From Alphaproteobacteria bacterium (GTDB lineage Bacteria > Pseudomonadota > Alphaproteobacteria > UBA2966), in assembly GCA_965200265.1 (NCBI GenBank), contig OZ241357.1:8179-72178 (forward strand): a stretch of DNA of 64,000 nt. Direction: 5' to 3'. Made by a program: the position numbers and the translations under genes. Below, piece by piece: positions 47,245 through 56,138 of this stretch. The number at the start of each line of letters is the position of its first letter. The stretch's first letter is position 1. Under the pieces are notes generated by a model, which was not told the DNA's origin, made no database searches, and saw only the letters and a list, made by a program, of their open reading frames with translations.

Positions 47245-47643
47245 ATGGACGAGAAACGATACGAACGTGGCCTCGCAATGCGCAAGGCGGTGATGGGCGA
47301 GGAATACGTCTCGCGGGTCATGGACGGCGCCGGCGAGTTCGAGAAGGAATTTCAGGAGTACGTCACCGAGATGGCGTGGGGCGGCGCCTGGGGACGGGAG
47401 GGCGGCCTGTCCCGGCGGGAGCGCAGCATCCTCAACCTCGGGATGCTCGCGGCCATGGGCAAGAGCCAGGAGTTCGCCGGCCATTTCCGCGGCGCCATGC
47501 GCAACGGATTGACCCTGGACGACCTCAACGAGGTGCTGTTGCAGATATCGCTCTATTGCGGGTTCCCCACCGGCGTCGAGAGCTACCGCATCGCCAGGCG
47601 GGTCCTCGACGAACGGCAGCCGTCGCCGGGGGCGTCCTCGTGA
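47245..47643 (+). CDS. carboxymuconolactone decarboxylase family protein
   Basis: Inner start MDEKRYERGLAMRK after GGAAGGAG in ORF 47032..47643. WGREGLSRRERSIL and YCGFP motifs. Confidence 0.85.
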   Translation: MDEKRYERGLAMRKAVMGEEYVSRVMDGAGEFEKEFQEYVTEMAWGGAWGREGGLSRRERSILNLGMLAAMGKSQEFAGHFRGAMRNGLTLDDLNEVLLQISLYCGFPTGVESYRIARRVLDERQPSPGASS

Positions 47644-48506
47644 CCGGGGAAACCGTGGGGTTCATCGGCATCGGCAACATGGGGCGGCCGATCTCGACCA
47701 ATCTCTTCAACGCCGGATACCCCCTCGTCGGGTACGACATCGCCGGCACCAGGGAGCGCGTGCCGGAAGGCGCCGTCGCCGGCCGCGACGCCGGGGACGT
47801 GGCGGTGCGGTCCGACGTCGTCATGATGAGCCTGCCGGACGGGCACGTGGTGCGGGAGATCACGGAAGAGATCATCGCCACCAACGACCGCCGGACGTCG
47901 ACGATCATCGACCTTTCCACCAGCGGCGTGGCCGCCGCCCGGACGGCAAGCGCCCGCTGCCGCGATTCGGAGATCGGCTTCTACGACGCGCCCGTCTCGG
48001 GCGGCGTCCCCGGCGCCGTCGCCGGCGCCCTCTCCATCATGTTCGCCGGTCCCGAGGACGCCTTCGAGAGGCTGCGGCCGCTTCTGGAGACCATCGGCAA
48101 GCCCTTCCTGGTGGGCGTCGAGCCGGGGCAGGGCCAGGCGATGAAGGTCATCAACAACTTCCTGTCGGCGACCGCGATGATCGCGACGAGCGAGGCCATC
48201 GCCCTCGGCGAGGCCGTCGGCCTCGATCTCGAGCTCATGATCGACGTGCTCAACGCCTCGTCGGGGCGCAACGACGCCACCGCGACCAAGTTCCCCGCCA
48301 ACATCATCCCGGGGACGTTCGACCGCGGGTTCACCGCCCGGCTGTTGCAGAAGGACATCGACCTGTACCGCGAGGCCCAGGCCGGCGCCGGGACGGCGGA
48401 CCGGGTCAGCAGGGAGATCGTCGAGGGGTTCCGGGCGTTCCACGACGTCGACCCGGAGGCCGACATGACGCGCCTCTATCCCTTCGTCAGGGACGGGAAG
48501 CCGTGA
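47640..48506 (+). CDS. NAD(P)-dependent oxidoreductase, 3-hydroxyisobutyrate dehydrogenase family
   Basis: GTG start (GTGA overlap with the previous stop) in ORF 47376..48506. GFIGIGNMG Rossmann motif, DAPVSGG, and catalytic-Lys region AMKVINN. Confidence 0.85.
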   Translation: MTGETVGFIGIGNMGRPISTNLFNAGYPLVGYDIAGTRERVPEGAVAGRDAGDVAVRSDVVMMSLPDGHVVREITEEIIATNDRRTSTIIDLSTSGVAAARTASARCRDSEIGFYDAPVSGGVPGAVAGALSIMFAGPEDAFERLRPLLETIGKPFLVGVEPGQGQAMKVINNFLSATAMIATSEAIALGEAVGLDLELMIDVLNASSGRNDATATKFPANIIPGTFDRGFTARLLQKDIDLYREAQAGAGTADRVSREIVEGFRAFHDVDPEADMTRLYPFVRDGKP

Positions 48507-48519
48507 GCGCCGGCGGGCT

Positions 48520-49833
48520 TCAGTAGGCGCTCAGGACATCGCGGAGCACGCCGGAGATCTCGTCGATGTGGCTCCTTTCGGCGATCAGCGCCGGCGCCAC
48601 GAGGGCGCAGTCGCCCGTCGTCTTGAGGTGGAGGCCCGACTCGAACAGCCTGATCTGCGCGTCCGGCCCGCGGGTTCCCGGCTGTTCGGCCGGCGCCAGG
48701 TCGATGCCCGCCATCATCCCCTGCGCCCGGACGTTGTCGACGACCGGGACGTCCTTGAGGTCCATCATGGCGTCGGCGAAGTAGGGCGACGTCTCCTCGC
48801 CGCGCTCGAACAGCCTGTCCCGTTCGTAGATGTCCTGCGTCGCGAGGCCCGCGGCGCAGGCCGCCGGATGCGCCGAATAGGTGTAGCCGTGAAACAGCTC
48901 GATCTCGTTCTCCGGCGCGCCGTCGACGATGGCGTCGTAGATCTCCTCCTGGACGGCGACCGCCGACATCGGCTGCGCGCCGTTGGTCAGCGCCTTGGCC
49001 AGGGTCATCATGTCCGGGGTCACGTCGAAGGTCTGCGCGGCGAAGGCCTTGCCCGTGCGCCCGAACCCGCAGATCACCTCGTCGAAGATCAGCAGGATGC
49101 CGTGCTCGTCGCAGATCCGGCGCAGGCGTTCGAGATACCCCTTCGGCGGCGCCAGCCAGCCGGTCGATCCGGCCGCCGGCTCGACGACGCAGGCGGCGAT
49201 GGTGTCGCCGCCGTAGAGCCGGACGAACCGCAGGAGGTCGTCGGCCAGCTCGGCCCCCGTCTCCGGCTGTCCGGTGACGAATTTGTGCTCGGGAAGGTCG
49301 GTATGGCGCATGTGCGTCACGCCCGGAAGGCCGGTGCCGTAGGTGTCGCGGTTCCGGACCAGCCCCGACAGCGCCGTGCCGCCGAAGTTGACGCCGTGAT
49401 AGGCGCGCTCGCGCGAGACGAAGCGCACCCGCTGGCCCTCGCCTCTGGCCCGGAAGTAGGCGAGCGCGATCTTCATCGACGTGTCCACGGCCTCGGAGCC
49501 GGAATTGGCGAAGAACACGCGGTTGAGGTCGCCCGGCGTCATCGCCGCGATCCGCGAGGCGAGCGCGAAGGACGAGGGATGGCCGAGCTGGAAGCTGGTG
49601 GCGTAGTCCATCTCCATCAGCTGCTTGTGGACGGCGGTGGCGATCTCCTCGCGGCCGTGGCCGGCGGCGCAGCAGAACAGCCCCGAACACGCGTCGATGA
49701 CCCGGTCGCCCCTGTGGTTCCAGTAGTACATCCCCTCCGCCTTCGATATCAGGCGCGGCTCTTCCTTGAACCGCCGGTTGGCGGTGAACGGAAGCCAGTG
49801 ATGTTCGAGCGTGTTGACGAGAGTCTGGGCCAT
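48520..49833 (-). CDS. class III (omega) aminotransferase, beta-alanine/omega-amino acid:pyruvate type
   Basis: ORF 48520..49893, with inner start MAQTLVNTLEHHWLPF after GGGGGA. PLP region LLIFDEVICGFGRTG and TLAKALTNG (Lys). Confidence 0.9.
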   Translation of the reverse strand: MAQTLVNTLEHHWLPFTANRRFKEEPRLISKAEGMYYWNHRGDRVIDACSGLFCCAAGHGREEIATAVHKQLMEMDYATSFQLGHPSSFALASRIAAMTPGDLNRVFFANSGSEAVDTSMKIALAYFRARGEGQRVRFVSRERAYHGVNFGGTALSGLVRNRDTYGTGLPGVTHMRHTDLPEHKFVTGQPETGAELADDLLRFVRLYGGDTIAACVVEPAAGSTGWLAPPKGYLERLRRICDEHGILLIFDEVICGFGRTGKAFAAQTFDVTPDMMTLAKALTNGAQPMSAVAVQEEIYDAIVDGAPENEIELFHGYTYSAHPAACAAGLATQDIYERDRLFERGEETSPYFADAMMDLKDVPVVDNVRAQGMMAGIDLAPAEQPGTRGPDAQIRLFESGLHLKTTGDCALVAPALIAERSHIDEISGVLRDVLSAY

Positions 49834-49929
49834 CGTGTCCCCCATTGCCGTGGCGCCGCGGTCGGAGAGGCGCGTCGCCCCGGACGCTATCACGCGCGCC
49901 CGGCGCGCGCCAAGACGCGCGCGGGGCGC

Positions 49930-50012
49930 GAGTGGCTGGTTGCCGGTTGCCGGTGGTCAGTGCCCCCCGCGCGCACTGACCACTGGCCACCGACCACCGG
50001 CCACCGGCCGCG
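49930..50012. repeat. heptamer-tract relic plus 9-bp-stem hairpin overlapping the glcF 3' end
   Basis: GCTGGTT GCCGGTT GCCGGTG heptamers, then hairpin GGTCAGTGC-n9-GCACTGACC (49954-49980), then CACTGGC CACCGAC CACCGGC CACCGGC. The last about 20 glcF codons (PVAGGRWPVVSARGGH) are read from this sequence. Confidence 0.6.
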
Positions 50013-51276
50013 GGCCGCCCGTCGCCCAGTCCAGAAGCTCCACCGTGTGGACGACCGGAAGGTCCGTGTAGGCCCCGATCTGCATGATGCAGCCGAGGTT
50101 GCCGGCCGCGACGACGTCGGGCGGCCCGGCGCGCTCCAGGTTCGCGGCCTTGCGCGCCCCGAGCCGCGACGCGATGGCCGGCTGGAGCATGTTGTAGGTT
50201 CCGGCGGAGCCGCAGCACAGGTGCCCCTCGGCCGGCGACCGGACGTCGAACCCCGCTTCCGCCAGCAGGCGCCGCGGCGGCTCGGTGAGGTGCTGTCCGT
50301 GGCGCAGGGAGCAGGCGTCGTGATAGGCCACGACCGTCGGTCGCGCCGGCCCCGGCTTCAGGTCCAGGCGCGCGAGCAACTCGGTCACGTCGACGGCGCG
50401 CGCGGCCACGGCCGCCGCCGCCTCGCGGAGTTCCGGCCGGTTGCGGAACAGGTGGGCGTAGTCCTTGATCGCGGCGCCGCACCCGGAGGCGTCGGCGACG
50501 ATGGCGTCGAGGCCGCCGCCCTCGATCTCGCGCCACCACGCCCGCACGCTCCGCTCCGCCGCGCGCAGCGCCGCCCGTTTGTCGCCGAGATGAAGGTTGA
50601 GCGCGCCGCAGCAGCCGGCGCCCTTGGCGACGACCACCTCGCATCCGTGCCGCCGCAGGACGCGCATCGTCGCTTCGTGGATCTCCGTCCCCGTCACCGA
50701 CTGGACGCAGCCCGTCAGCAGCGCCGCCCGCATGAGCCGCTCGCCTTGCGCGGGGTGGCGGCCGGGGGCGACGGCCGGCGCCGGGCCGCGGGCGATGCCG
50801 GGCGACAGCCGCGCCAGCGCCGCCAGGCGCGGCGGCAGCAACGCCGAGAACCGGCGCGCCAGGGCGCCCGCCGACATGGCAATTCGGAGCGCCGGCGGCC
50901 TGACCAGCACCCAGCCCAGGATGCGCCGCAGCCAGCGGTCCGGCCACGGGCGGCGGAACGTCGTTTCGATGCGGACGCGCGTCTGGTCGACGAGGCGCCG
51001 GTAGTCGACCCCCGCCGGGCACGTCGACTCGCACGACAGGCAGGAGAGGCAGCGGTCGATGTGCTTGACGGTCTCCGCCGCCGGGGGGCCGCCGGCCTCC
51101 AGCATCTCCTTCATGAGATAGACGCGCCCGCGCGGCGAATCGAGCTCGTCCCCGAGCAGGACGTAGGTCGGGCAGGTCGCCAGGCAGAACCCGCAGTGAA
51201 CGCACTTCCGCAGCACGCCGTTCGCGTCCGCGATCAGGGGATCGGCGAGCTGCTCCTCGGAGAAACGGGTCTGCAT
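49957..51276 (-). CDS. glcF: glycolate oxidase iron-sulfur subunit
   Basis: Inner start MQTRFSEEQLADPL in ORF 49957..51363. Two ferredoxin motifs, CVHCGFCLATCP and CLSCLSCESTCP, and CCG-type C-terminal domains (CCGSAG, CCGALN). Confidence 0.87.
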   Translation of the reverse strand: MQTRFSEEQLADPLIADANGVLRKCVHCGFCLATCPTYVLLGDELDSPRGRVYLMKEMLEAGGPPAAETVKHIDRCLSCLSCESTCPAGVDYRRLVDQTRVRIETTFRRPWPDRWLRRILGWVLVRPPALRIAMSAGALARRFSALLPPRLAALARLSPGIARGPAPAVAPGRHPAQGERLMRAALLTGCVQSVTGTEIHEATMRVLRRHGCEVVVAKGAGCCGALNLHLGDKRAALRAAERSVRAWWREIEGGGLDAIVADASGCGAAIKDYAHLFRNRPELREAAAAVAARAVDVTELLARLDLKPGPARPTVVAYHDACSLRHGQHLTEPPRRLLAEAGFDVRSPAEGHLCCGSAGTYNMLQPAIASRLGARKAANLERAGPPDVVAAGNLGCIMQIGAYTDLPVVHTVELLDWATGGPRPVAGGRWPVVSARGGH

Positions 51277-51391
51277 GGTGCCGCCGACGCTCCTTGATCG
51301 GGTCCTTGGGTATCCGCCCCGGAATATATCACCCCGTCCCTCCTGCCGTAGGGGTGGGGACAATTGACGGTGCGCGCCGACATGCGGCAGC

Positions 51392-53092
51392 TTGGGCGCA
51401 CATGCATCCGGCGGCCCATACGTGGAGAACGGCCCTCATGGCTCGACGAAGCCCCTCCGTTTCCGGCCCGGTCGCCGCGCACCGCGCGAGGCCGCGTTCG
51501 TGAACGCGCTGCACGCCGTCCTCAAACGGGTACGGGCGCGACTCGTGCTCATAATCCTCGTCGCGCTGCTGATCGGTCTGCTCGTGGTCTTCGTATGGGT
51601 CGGAGTTTTCGACCCGGCATGGGTCCATCGCTTCTTCTTCGGCGAGGTGAAGGACGCGGAGAAGTCTCGAATCCTGGAACTCATCGGCGTCGGCATGGGC
51701 GGCGTGCTGCTCGCCATCGGGGCGACGATCGCCAATCGCCGCGCCGTGGCGATGGAGGTGACCAACCGGGGCGCGGAGGACGGGCGGCGGCAGGAGCGGC
51801 TGAAGAACGCCATCGAGCATCTGGGCTACAAGTCGGACTCGGTGCGCCTGGGCGGGGCCTACGAACTCTTCCATCTGGCGCGGGATACCAAAGACCTGCG
51901 CCAGACGGTTATGGACATCCTCTGCGCCCACATCCGCCGGACAACGGGGGAGGACGGGTATCGGGAGACGTACAAGGAGAAGCCTTCGACGGAGGTGCAG
52001 AGCCTGCTGACTCTGTTGTTCAGACAGGAGCATGAAGTCTTCACGGGCCGCCGCATCGACTTGCAGGGAAGCTGGCTGAACGGGGCCATGCTCGAACGGG
52101 CGCGACTGCAACGGGCGGAACTTTCTGGAGCATATCTGCAAGGGGCGATCCTTCACGGGGCGGAACTGCAAGAGGCGATCCTTCACGGGGCGGAACTACA
52201 AGGGGCGAGCCTTCACGAAGCGCAACTGCAAGAGGCGTACCTTCACGAAGCGCAATTGCAAGGAGCGGACCTTCACATGGCGCAACTGCAAGGGGCGACC
52301 CTTCACGAAACGCAACTGCAAGGGGCGCAACTGCAACGAGCGAACCTTCACGGGGCGGAACTGCAAGAAGCGAACCTTCACGGGGCGGAACTGAAAGGAG
52401 CGAACCTTCACGGGGCGCAACTGCAAAGAGCGAACCTTCTCGAAGCGCAACTGCAAGGAGTGAACCTTCACGTGGCGCAACTGCAAGGAGCGTACCTTTA
52501 CGAAGCGCAACTGCAAGGGGCGGACCTTCACGGGGCGGAACTGCAAGGAGCGGATCTTCATGCGGTGCAACTACAAGGAATGAACCTTCACGGGGCGGAA
52601 CTGCAAGGAGCGAACCTTCACGCGGCGGAACTGCAAGGAGCGAACCTTCACGCGGTGGAACTACAAGGGGCGAACCTTCTCGAAGCGCGACTGCAAGGGG
52701 CGAACCTTCACGCGGTTCAACTGCAAGGAGCAAACCTTCACAAAGCGCAACTGCAAGAAGCGAACCTTCACGCGGCGCATCTGCAAGGGGTTACTTGCCA
52801 GGATAGCAGTCGTATATCGTTCAAGGGGCGTATCCGCGAAGGGATCGGCCGAGAGAACGACCTGTCAAAGGTGACGTTCGCGGGCGGGTTGAGTCAGGAA
52901 GACGTGGATTCTCTCGTTCAGGATTTGCCCGGCGAAAAAGCGAAAAAGTTGCGGGAGAAACTGGAACCGCATGTCGACAAGGAGGCGAGCAACGAATTGC
53001 CGGAAGGCAGAGGCGCCATTGTCGAGGCCTATACGGTGGAAGAAGCCGAGCGGTGGATCGCCGAATATGCGGAAGCGACGGGTGAAGCCTAA
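51392..53092 (+). CDS. membrane-anchored pentapeptide-repeat protein, paralog 1
   Basis: ORF 51392..53092; GTG 51500 (VNALHAVLKR) is a plausible alternative start. Two TM helices (LVLIILVALLIGLLVVFVWVGVF and ILELIGVGMGGVLLAIGATIA), then a helical module LKNAIEHLGYKSDSVRLGGAYELFHLA. About 48 consecutive A(N/D)L..-type pentapeptides follow, then a conserved tail AYTVEEAERWIAEYAEATGEA. Confidence 0.8.
   Translation: MGAHASGGPYVENGPHGSTKPLRFRPGRRAPREAAFVNALHAVLKRVRARLVLIILVALLIGLLVVFVWVGVFDPAWVHRFFFGEVKDAEKSRILELIGVGMGGVLLAIGATIANRRAVAMEVTNRGAEDGRRQERLKNAIEHLGYKSDSVRLGGAYELFHLARDTKDLRQTVMDILCAHIRRTTGEDGYRETYKEKPSTEVQSLLTLLFRQEHEVFTGRRIDLQGSWLNGAMLERARLQRAELSGAYLQGAILHGAELQEAILHGAELQGASLHEAQLQEAYLHEAQLQGADLHMAQLQGATLHETQLQGAQLQRANLHGAELQEANLHGAELKGANLHGAQLQRANLLEAQLQGVNLHVAQLQGAYLYEAQLQGADLHGAELQGADLHAVQLQGMNLHGAELQGANLHAAELQGANLHAVELQGANLLEARLQGANLHAVQLQGANLHKAQLQEANLHAAHLQGVTCQDSSRISFKGRIREGIGRENDLSKVTFAGGLSQEDVDSLVQDLPGEKAKKLREKLEPHVDKEASNELPEGRGAIVEAYTVEEAERWIAEYAEATGEA
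52076..52790 (+). repeat. about 24 tandem 30-bp units encoding the pentapeptide solenoid
   Basis: Near-identical units such as CTTCACGGGGCGGAACTGCAAGGAGCGAAC recur throughout, producing the mirror-image antisense ORFs 52041..52733 and 52196..52570. Confidence 0.85.
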
Positions 53093-53131
53093 GAGGACGC
53101 CGACGGCAAGGACGCGCCGACATGCGGCAGC

Positions 53132-54346
53132 TTGGGCGCGTGTGCATCCGGCGGCCCATACGTGGAGAACGGCCCTCATGGCTCTACGAAGCCCCTTCGT
53201 TTCCGGCCCGGTCGCCGCACGCCGCGCGAGGCCGCGTTCGTGAACGCGCTGCGAGCCATCCTCGAATGGGTACGGGAGTCGCCCGTGCTCGCGATTCTCG
53301 TCGCGCTGCTGATCGGTCTGCTCGTGGTCTTCGTGGTCGTCGGAGTTTTCGACCCGGCATGGGTCCATCGTTTCTTCGGCGTGGAGACGGGAACGGGAAA
53401 ATTCCGAATCCTGGAATTCATCGGCGTCGGCATGGGCGGCGTGCTGCTCGCCATCGGGGCGACGATCGCCCATCGCCGCGCCCGGGCGATGGAAGATGCC
53501 GCGAACGCGCAGGCGAAGGCGGTGGCGCAGCAGACAGTAGCCAACGAAGGCGCGGAGGACGGGCGGCGGCAGGAGCGGCTGAAGAACGCCATTGAGCATC
53601 TGGGCCACGAGTCGGACTCGGTGCGCTTGGGTGGGGCCTACGAACTCTTCCATCTGGCACAGGACACCGAGGATCTACGCCAGACGGTTATGGACATCCT
53701 CTGCGCCCACATCCGCCGGACCACGGGCGAGGCCGGGTATCGGGAGACGCACAAGGAGAAGCCTTCGACGGAGGTACAGAGCCTGTTGACCTTGCTGTTC
53801 GTACGGAAGCACGCGGTTTTCAGGGGTTGCCGCATCGACTTGCAGGAAAGTTGGTTGAACGGAGCAGAGCTCGCTGGAGCGTATTTATGTGGAGCATTTT
53901 TGGACGCGGCATATCTTCGACGTGCTACACTTGTTCATGCGTACTTACAGGGAGTTACATTTATAGGTACAGAAATGCAAAACTCCTATATTACGAATGC
54001 ACATATGCAAGGTTCTACTCTCATGGGGACTGAATTACAGGGAGCACAAGCTGTAAATACTTACTTTCAGGGTGCGATTTTACATGTAGTTGATTTGAAT
54101 GAATCCAATATAAATAATGCTGATTTTCGAGGTATAACACTGCCAAGATCAGGAGGTTTTTCGAACCTGATATTGGATTCCATAAATAAAGAAAGTGACT
54201 TGACTGGAATTATTTTTGGGCAAGAAAATAATCCACAAACTATACGAGTCATGCTTGAAAAAGCAGGTGCCATCATTGGAGCCTACACGGAGGAAGAAGC
54301 CGAGCGGTGGATCGCCGAATACAACGAAGCGACGGGCAGGGGATAG
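53132..54346 (+). CDS. membrane-anchored pentapeptide-repeat protein, paralog 2 (shorter, AT-richer repeat core)
   Basis: ORF 53132..54346 (alternative GTG 53240). The leader, TM and helical module are near-identical to paralog 1, as is the tail AYTEEEAERWIAEYNEATGRG. The central repeats (53.82-54.26 kb) are divergent and visibly lower in GC. The TAG stop lies 3 nt before the mod ATG. Confidence 0.8.
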   Translation: MGACASGGPYVENGPHGSTKPLRFRPGRRTPREAAFVNALRAILEWVRESPVLAILVALLIGLLVVFVVVGVFDPAWVHRFFGVETGTGKFRILEFIGVGMGGVLLAIGATIAHRRARAMEDAANAQAKAVAQQTVANEGAEDGRRQERLKNAIEHLGHESDSVRLGGAYELFHLAQDTEDLRQTVMDILCAHIRRTTGEAGYRETHKEKPSTEVQSLLTLLFVRKHAVFRGCRIDLQESWLNGAELAGAYLCGAFLDAAYLRRATLVHAYLQGVTFIGTEMQNSYITNAHMQGSTLMGTELQGAQAVNTYFQGAILHVVDLNESNINNADFRGITLPRSGGFSNLILDSINKESDLTGIIFGQENNPQTIRVMLEKAGAIIGAYTEEEAERWIAEYNEATGRG

Positions 54347-55987
54347 CCGATGCCGACGTTGCATTGGCTGACGCGGGACGAGGACGTCGGCGCGGCGTCG
54401 CGGGCGCCGTACCGGCTTCTGGAGGAGGCGCCGGAGCTTTCCGCCGGAGAGGCGGAAGCGGGCAACATGCTGATCCAGGGCGACAATCTGGAGGCGCTGA
54501 AGGCGCTGCTGCCGTTCTACGCCGGGCGGGTGAAGTGCGTCTACATCGACCCGCCGTACAACACACGCTCGGCTTTCGCGCACTACGACGACAACCTGGA
54601 GCACGCCAAGTGGCTCGCCATGATGTGGCCGCGGCTGGAGCTCCTGCGCGACCTGCTGGCGGACGACGGCTCGATCTGGGTCTCCATCGACGACAACGAG
54701 GCGCACTACCTCAAGGTCGTCATGGACGAAGTGTTCGGCCGCAACAATTTCATCGCAAATTTCGTCTGGCAGAAGAAATATACGCGCGCGAACGACGCAA
54801 CGTTCGTGAGCGATAATCACGATCATATAGTCTGCTTTGTGAAAGATCGTGATCAGTCATCTTTTCGAGGAATACAGCGTGACGAGAGACAGAATAAAGC
54901 ATACAAGAATCCTGATAACGATTCTCGTGGATCGTGGAAATCAACACCATTACATGCGAAAAGCGGAACAGAAAAGAATAGATACCCCTATACGTTTTCC
55001 AACAGAGTGACATGGACCCCGCCTGTCGGAACCTACCACCGATTCAGCAGGGAAACACTTGCTGAGCTTGACCGTACAGGGCAATTGTGGTTTGGAACGA
55101 AGGGGGATGCGACTCCTTCGCGCAAGTCGTACCTGTCGCAAGTGAAGCAGACAGTGGTTCCGGTTACGGTATGGCTGCACGACGAGTTCGGTAGCAATCA
55201 CGACGCCAAGAACGAGAACCGGGCCGTGTTGCCGAGCGCCTATTTCGATACCCCAAAGCCCGAGAAGCTATTGGGACGTATTCTTGAGATCGCCACCGAC
55301 CCGGGCGATCTCGTGCTCGACTCGTTCCTCGGCTCCGGCACCACGGCGGCGGTCGCGCACAAGATGGGCCGGCGCTGGATCGGCGTCGAGCTGGGCGAAC
55401 ACGCCGTCACCCACTGCGCGCCGCGCCTGAAGAAGGTGATCGAGGGCGAACAGGGCGGCATCTCGCGGTCGGCGGGCTGGACGGGCGGCGGCGGCTTCCG
55501 CTTCCACCGCCTGGGGCCGCCGGCCTTCGACGCCGACGGGCGCATCCGGCCGGACGTCTCCTTCCCCGTGCTCGCCGCCCACGTCTGGTTCGCCGAGACC
55601 GGCCGCCCGTGGACCGCGCCGGCGGCGCCGTCGCCCTTCCTCGGCGCGCGCGACGGGCGGGGCTACGCGCTGCTCTACAACGGCGTGCTCCGCGACCGCT
55701 CGGCCGCCGGCGGCAACGTGCTGACGCGGCGCACGCTGTCGGCCATCCGCGCCGCGGCGGGCGGTTTCGACGGGCCGCTCACCGTCTACGCCGCGCGGTC
55801 GGCGTTCCGCGACGCGACGCTGAAGGCGGAAGGGCTGGCCTTCCGGCAGACGCCCTACGACGTGACGGCGCGGGCCTGACCGATGGAGCTCAAGCCCTAT
55901 CAGGCCGAGGCGCTCGACACGCTGCGCCGCTTCCTGGAGGACGCGCGGATCGCCGGGCCGGCGGCGTCCTACGAGAAGCTCGCCGCC
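54328..55987 (+). repeat. segmental direct duplication, copy 1 (mod allele 1 plus first ~35 codons of res)
   Basis: 54350-54745 and 55290-55987 are near-identical by eye to 60196-60590 and 61140-61836. The centres differ. Confidence 0.85.
54350..55879 (+). CDS. mod: type III restriction-modification methyltransferase (Mod), allele 1
   Basis: ORF 54350..55879. Beta-class order: catalytic DPPY (VYIDPPYNT) first, a variable middle, then SAM motif VLDSFLGSGTT. Confidence 0.9.
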   Translation: MPTLHWLTRDEDVGAASRAPYRLLEEAPELSAGEAEAGNMLIQGDNLEALKALLPFYAGRVKCVYIDPPYNTRSAFAHYDDNLEHAKWLAMMWPRLELLRDLLADDGSIWVSIDDNEAHYLKVVMDEVFGRNNFIANFVWQKKYTRANDATFVSDNHDHIVCFVKDRDQSSFRGIQRDERQNKAYKNPDNDSRGSWKSTPLHAKSGTEKNRYPYTFSNRVTWTPPVGTYHRFSRETLAELDRTGQLWFGTKGDATPSRKSYLSQVKQTVVPVTVWLHDEFGSNHDAKNENRAVLPSAYFDTPKPEKLLGRILEIATDPGDLVLDSFLGSGTTAAVAHKMGRRWIGVELGEHAVTHCAPRLKKVIEGEQGGISRSAGWTGGGGFRFHRLGPPAFDADGRIRPDVSFPVLAAHVWFAETGRPWTAPAAPSPFLGARDGRGYALLYNGVLRDRSAAGGNVLTRRTLSAIRAAAGGFDGPLTVYAARSAFRDATLKAEGLAFRQTPYDVTARA

Positions 55988-56023
55988 CACGCTGTCGCCA
56001 AGGCGGCTCCCCGTGTAACATGA
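55883..56023 (+). pseudogene. 5' stub of type III res (46 codons)
   Basis: MELKPYQAEALDTLRRFLEDARIAGPAASY matches the start of the full res at 61732. Identity ends at about 55987 and the frame stops at TGA 56021-56023. Confidence 0.8.
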
Positions 56024-56138
56024 CGGGCAGGCTGAAGGTCTGCATGGTGTCTCAAACCAACAGCTTCGGAGACCCCTTACCCTCCTTCAAGGGCCCCGTC
56101 TTGCATGTGTCTGAACCAGGTCAGCGACCAGGGCCGGC

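Noticed and set aside
51385-51400. Sigma54-type promoter (CGGCAG-N-GCGCA with GG/GC at the right spacing), conserved at 53125-53140
   Set aside because: Only the GG and GC dinucleotides and a few flanking bases match the consensus, which is too weak without an enhancer-binding protein or experimental support.
52041-52733. Repetitive minus-strand ORFs (LAV.PREGS... and 52196..52570)
   Set aside because: They are mirror images of the 30-bp tandem array. The plus-strand frame encodes canonical pentapeptide repeats continuous with conserved N- and C-terminal domains.
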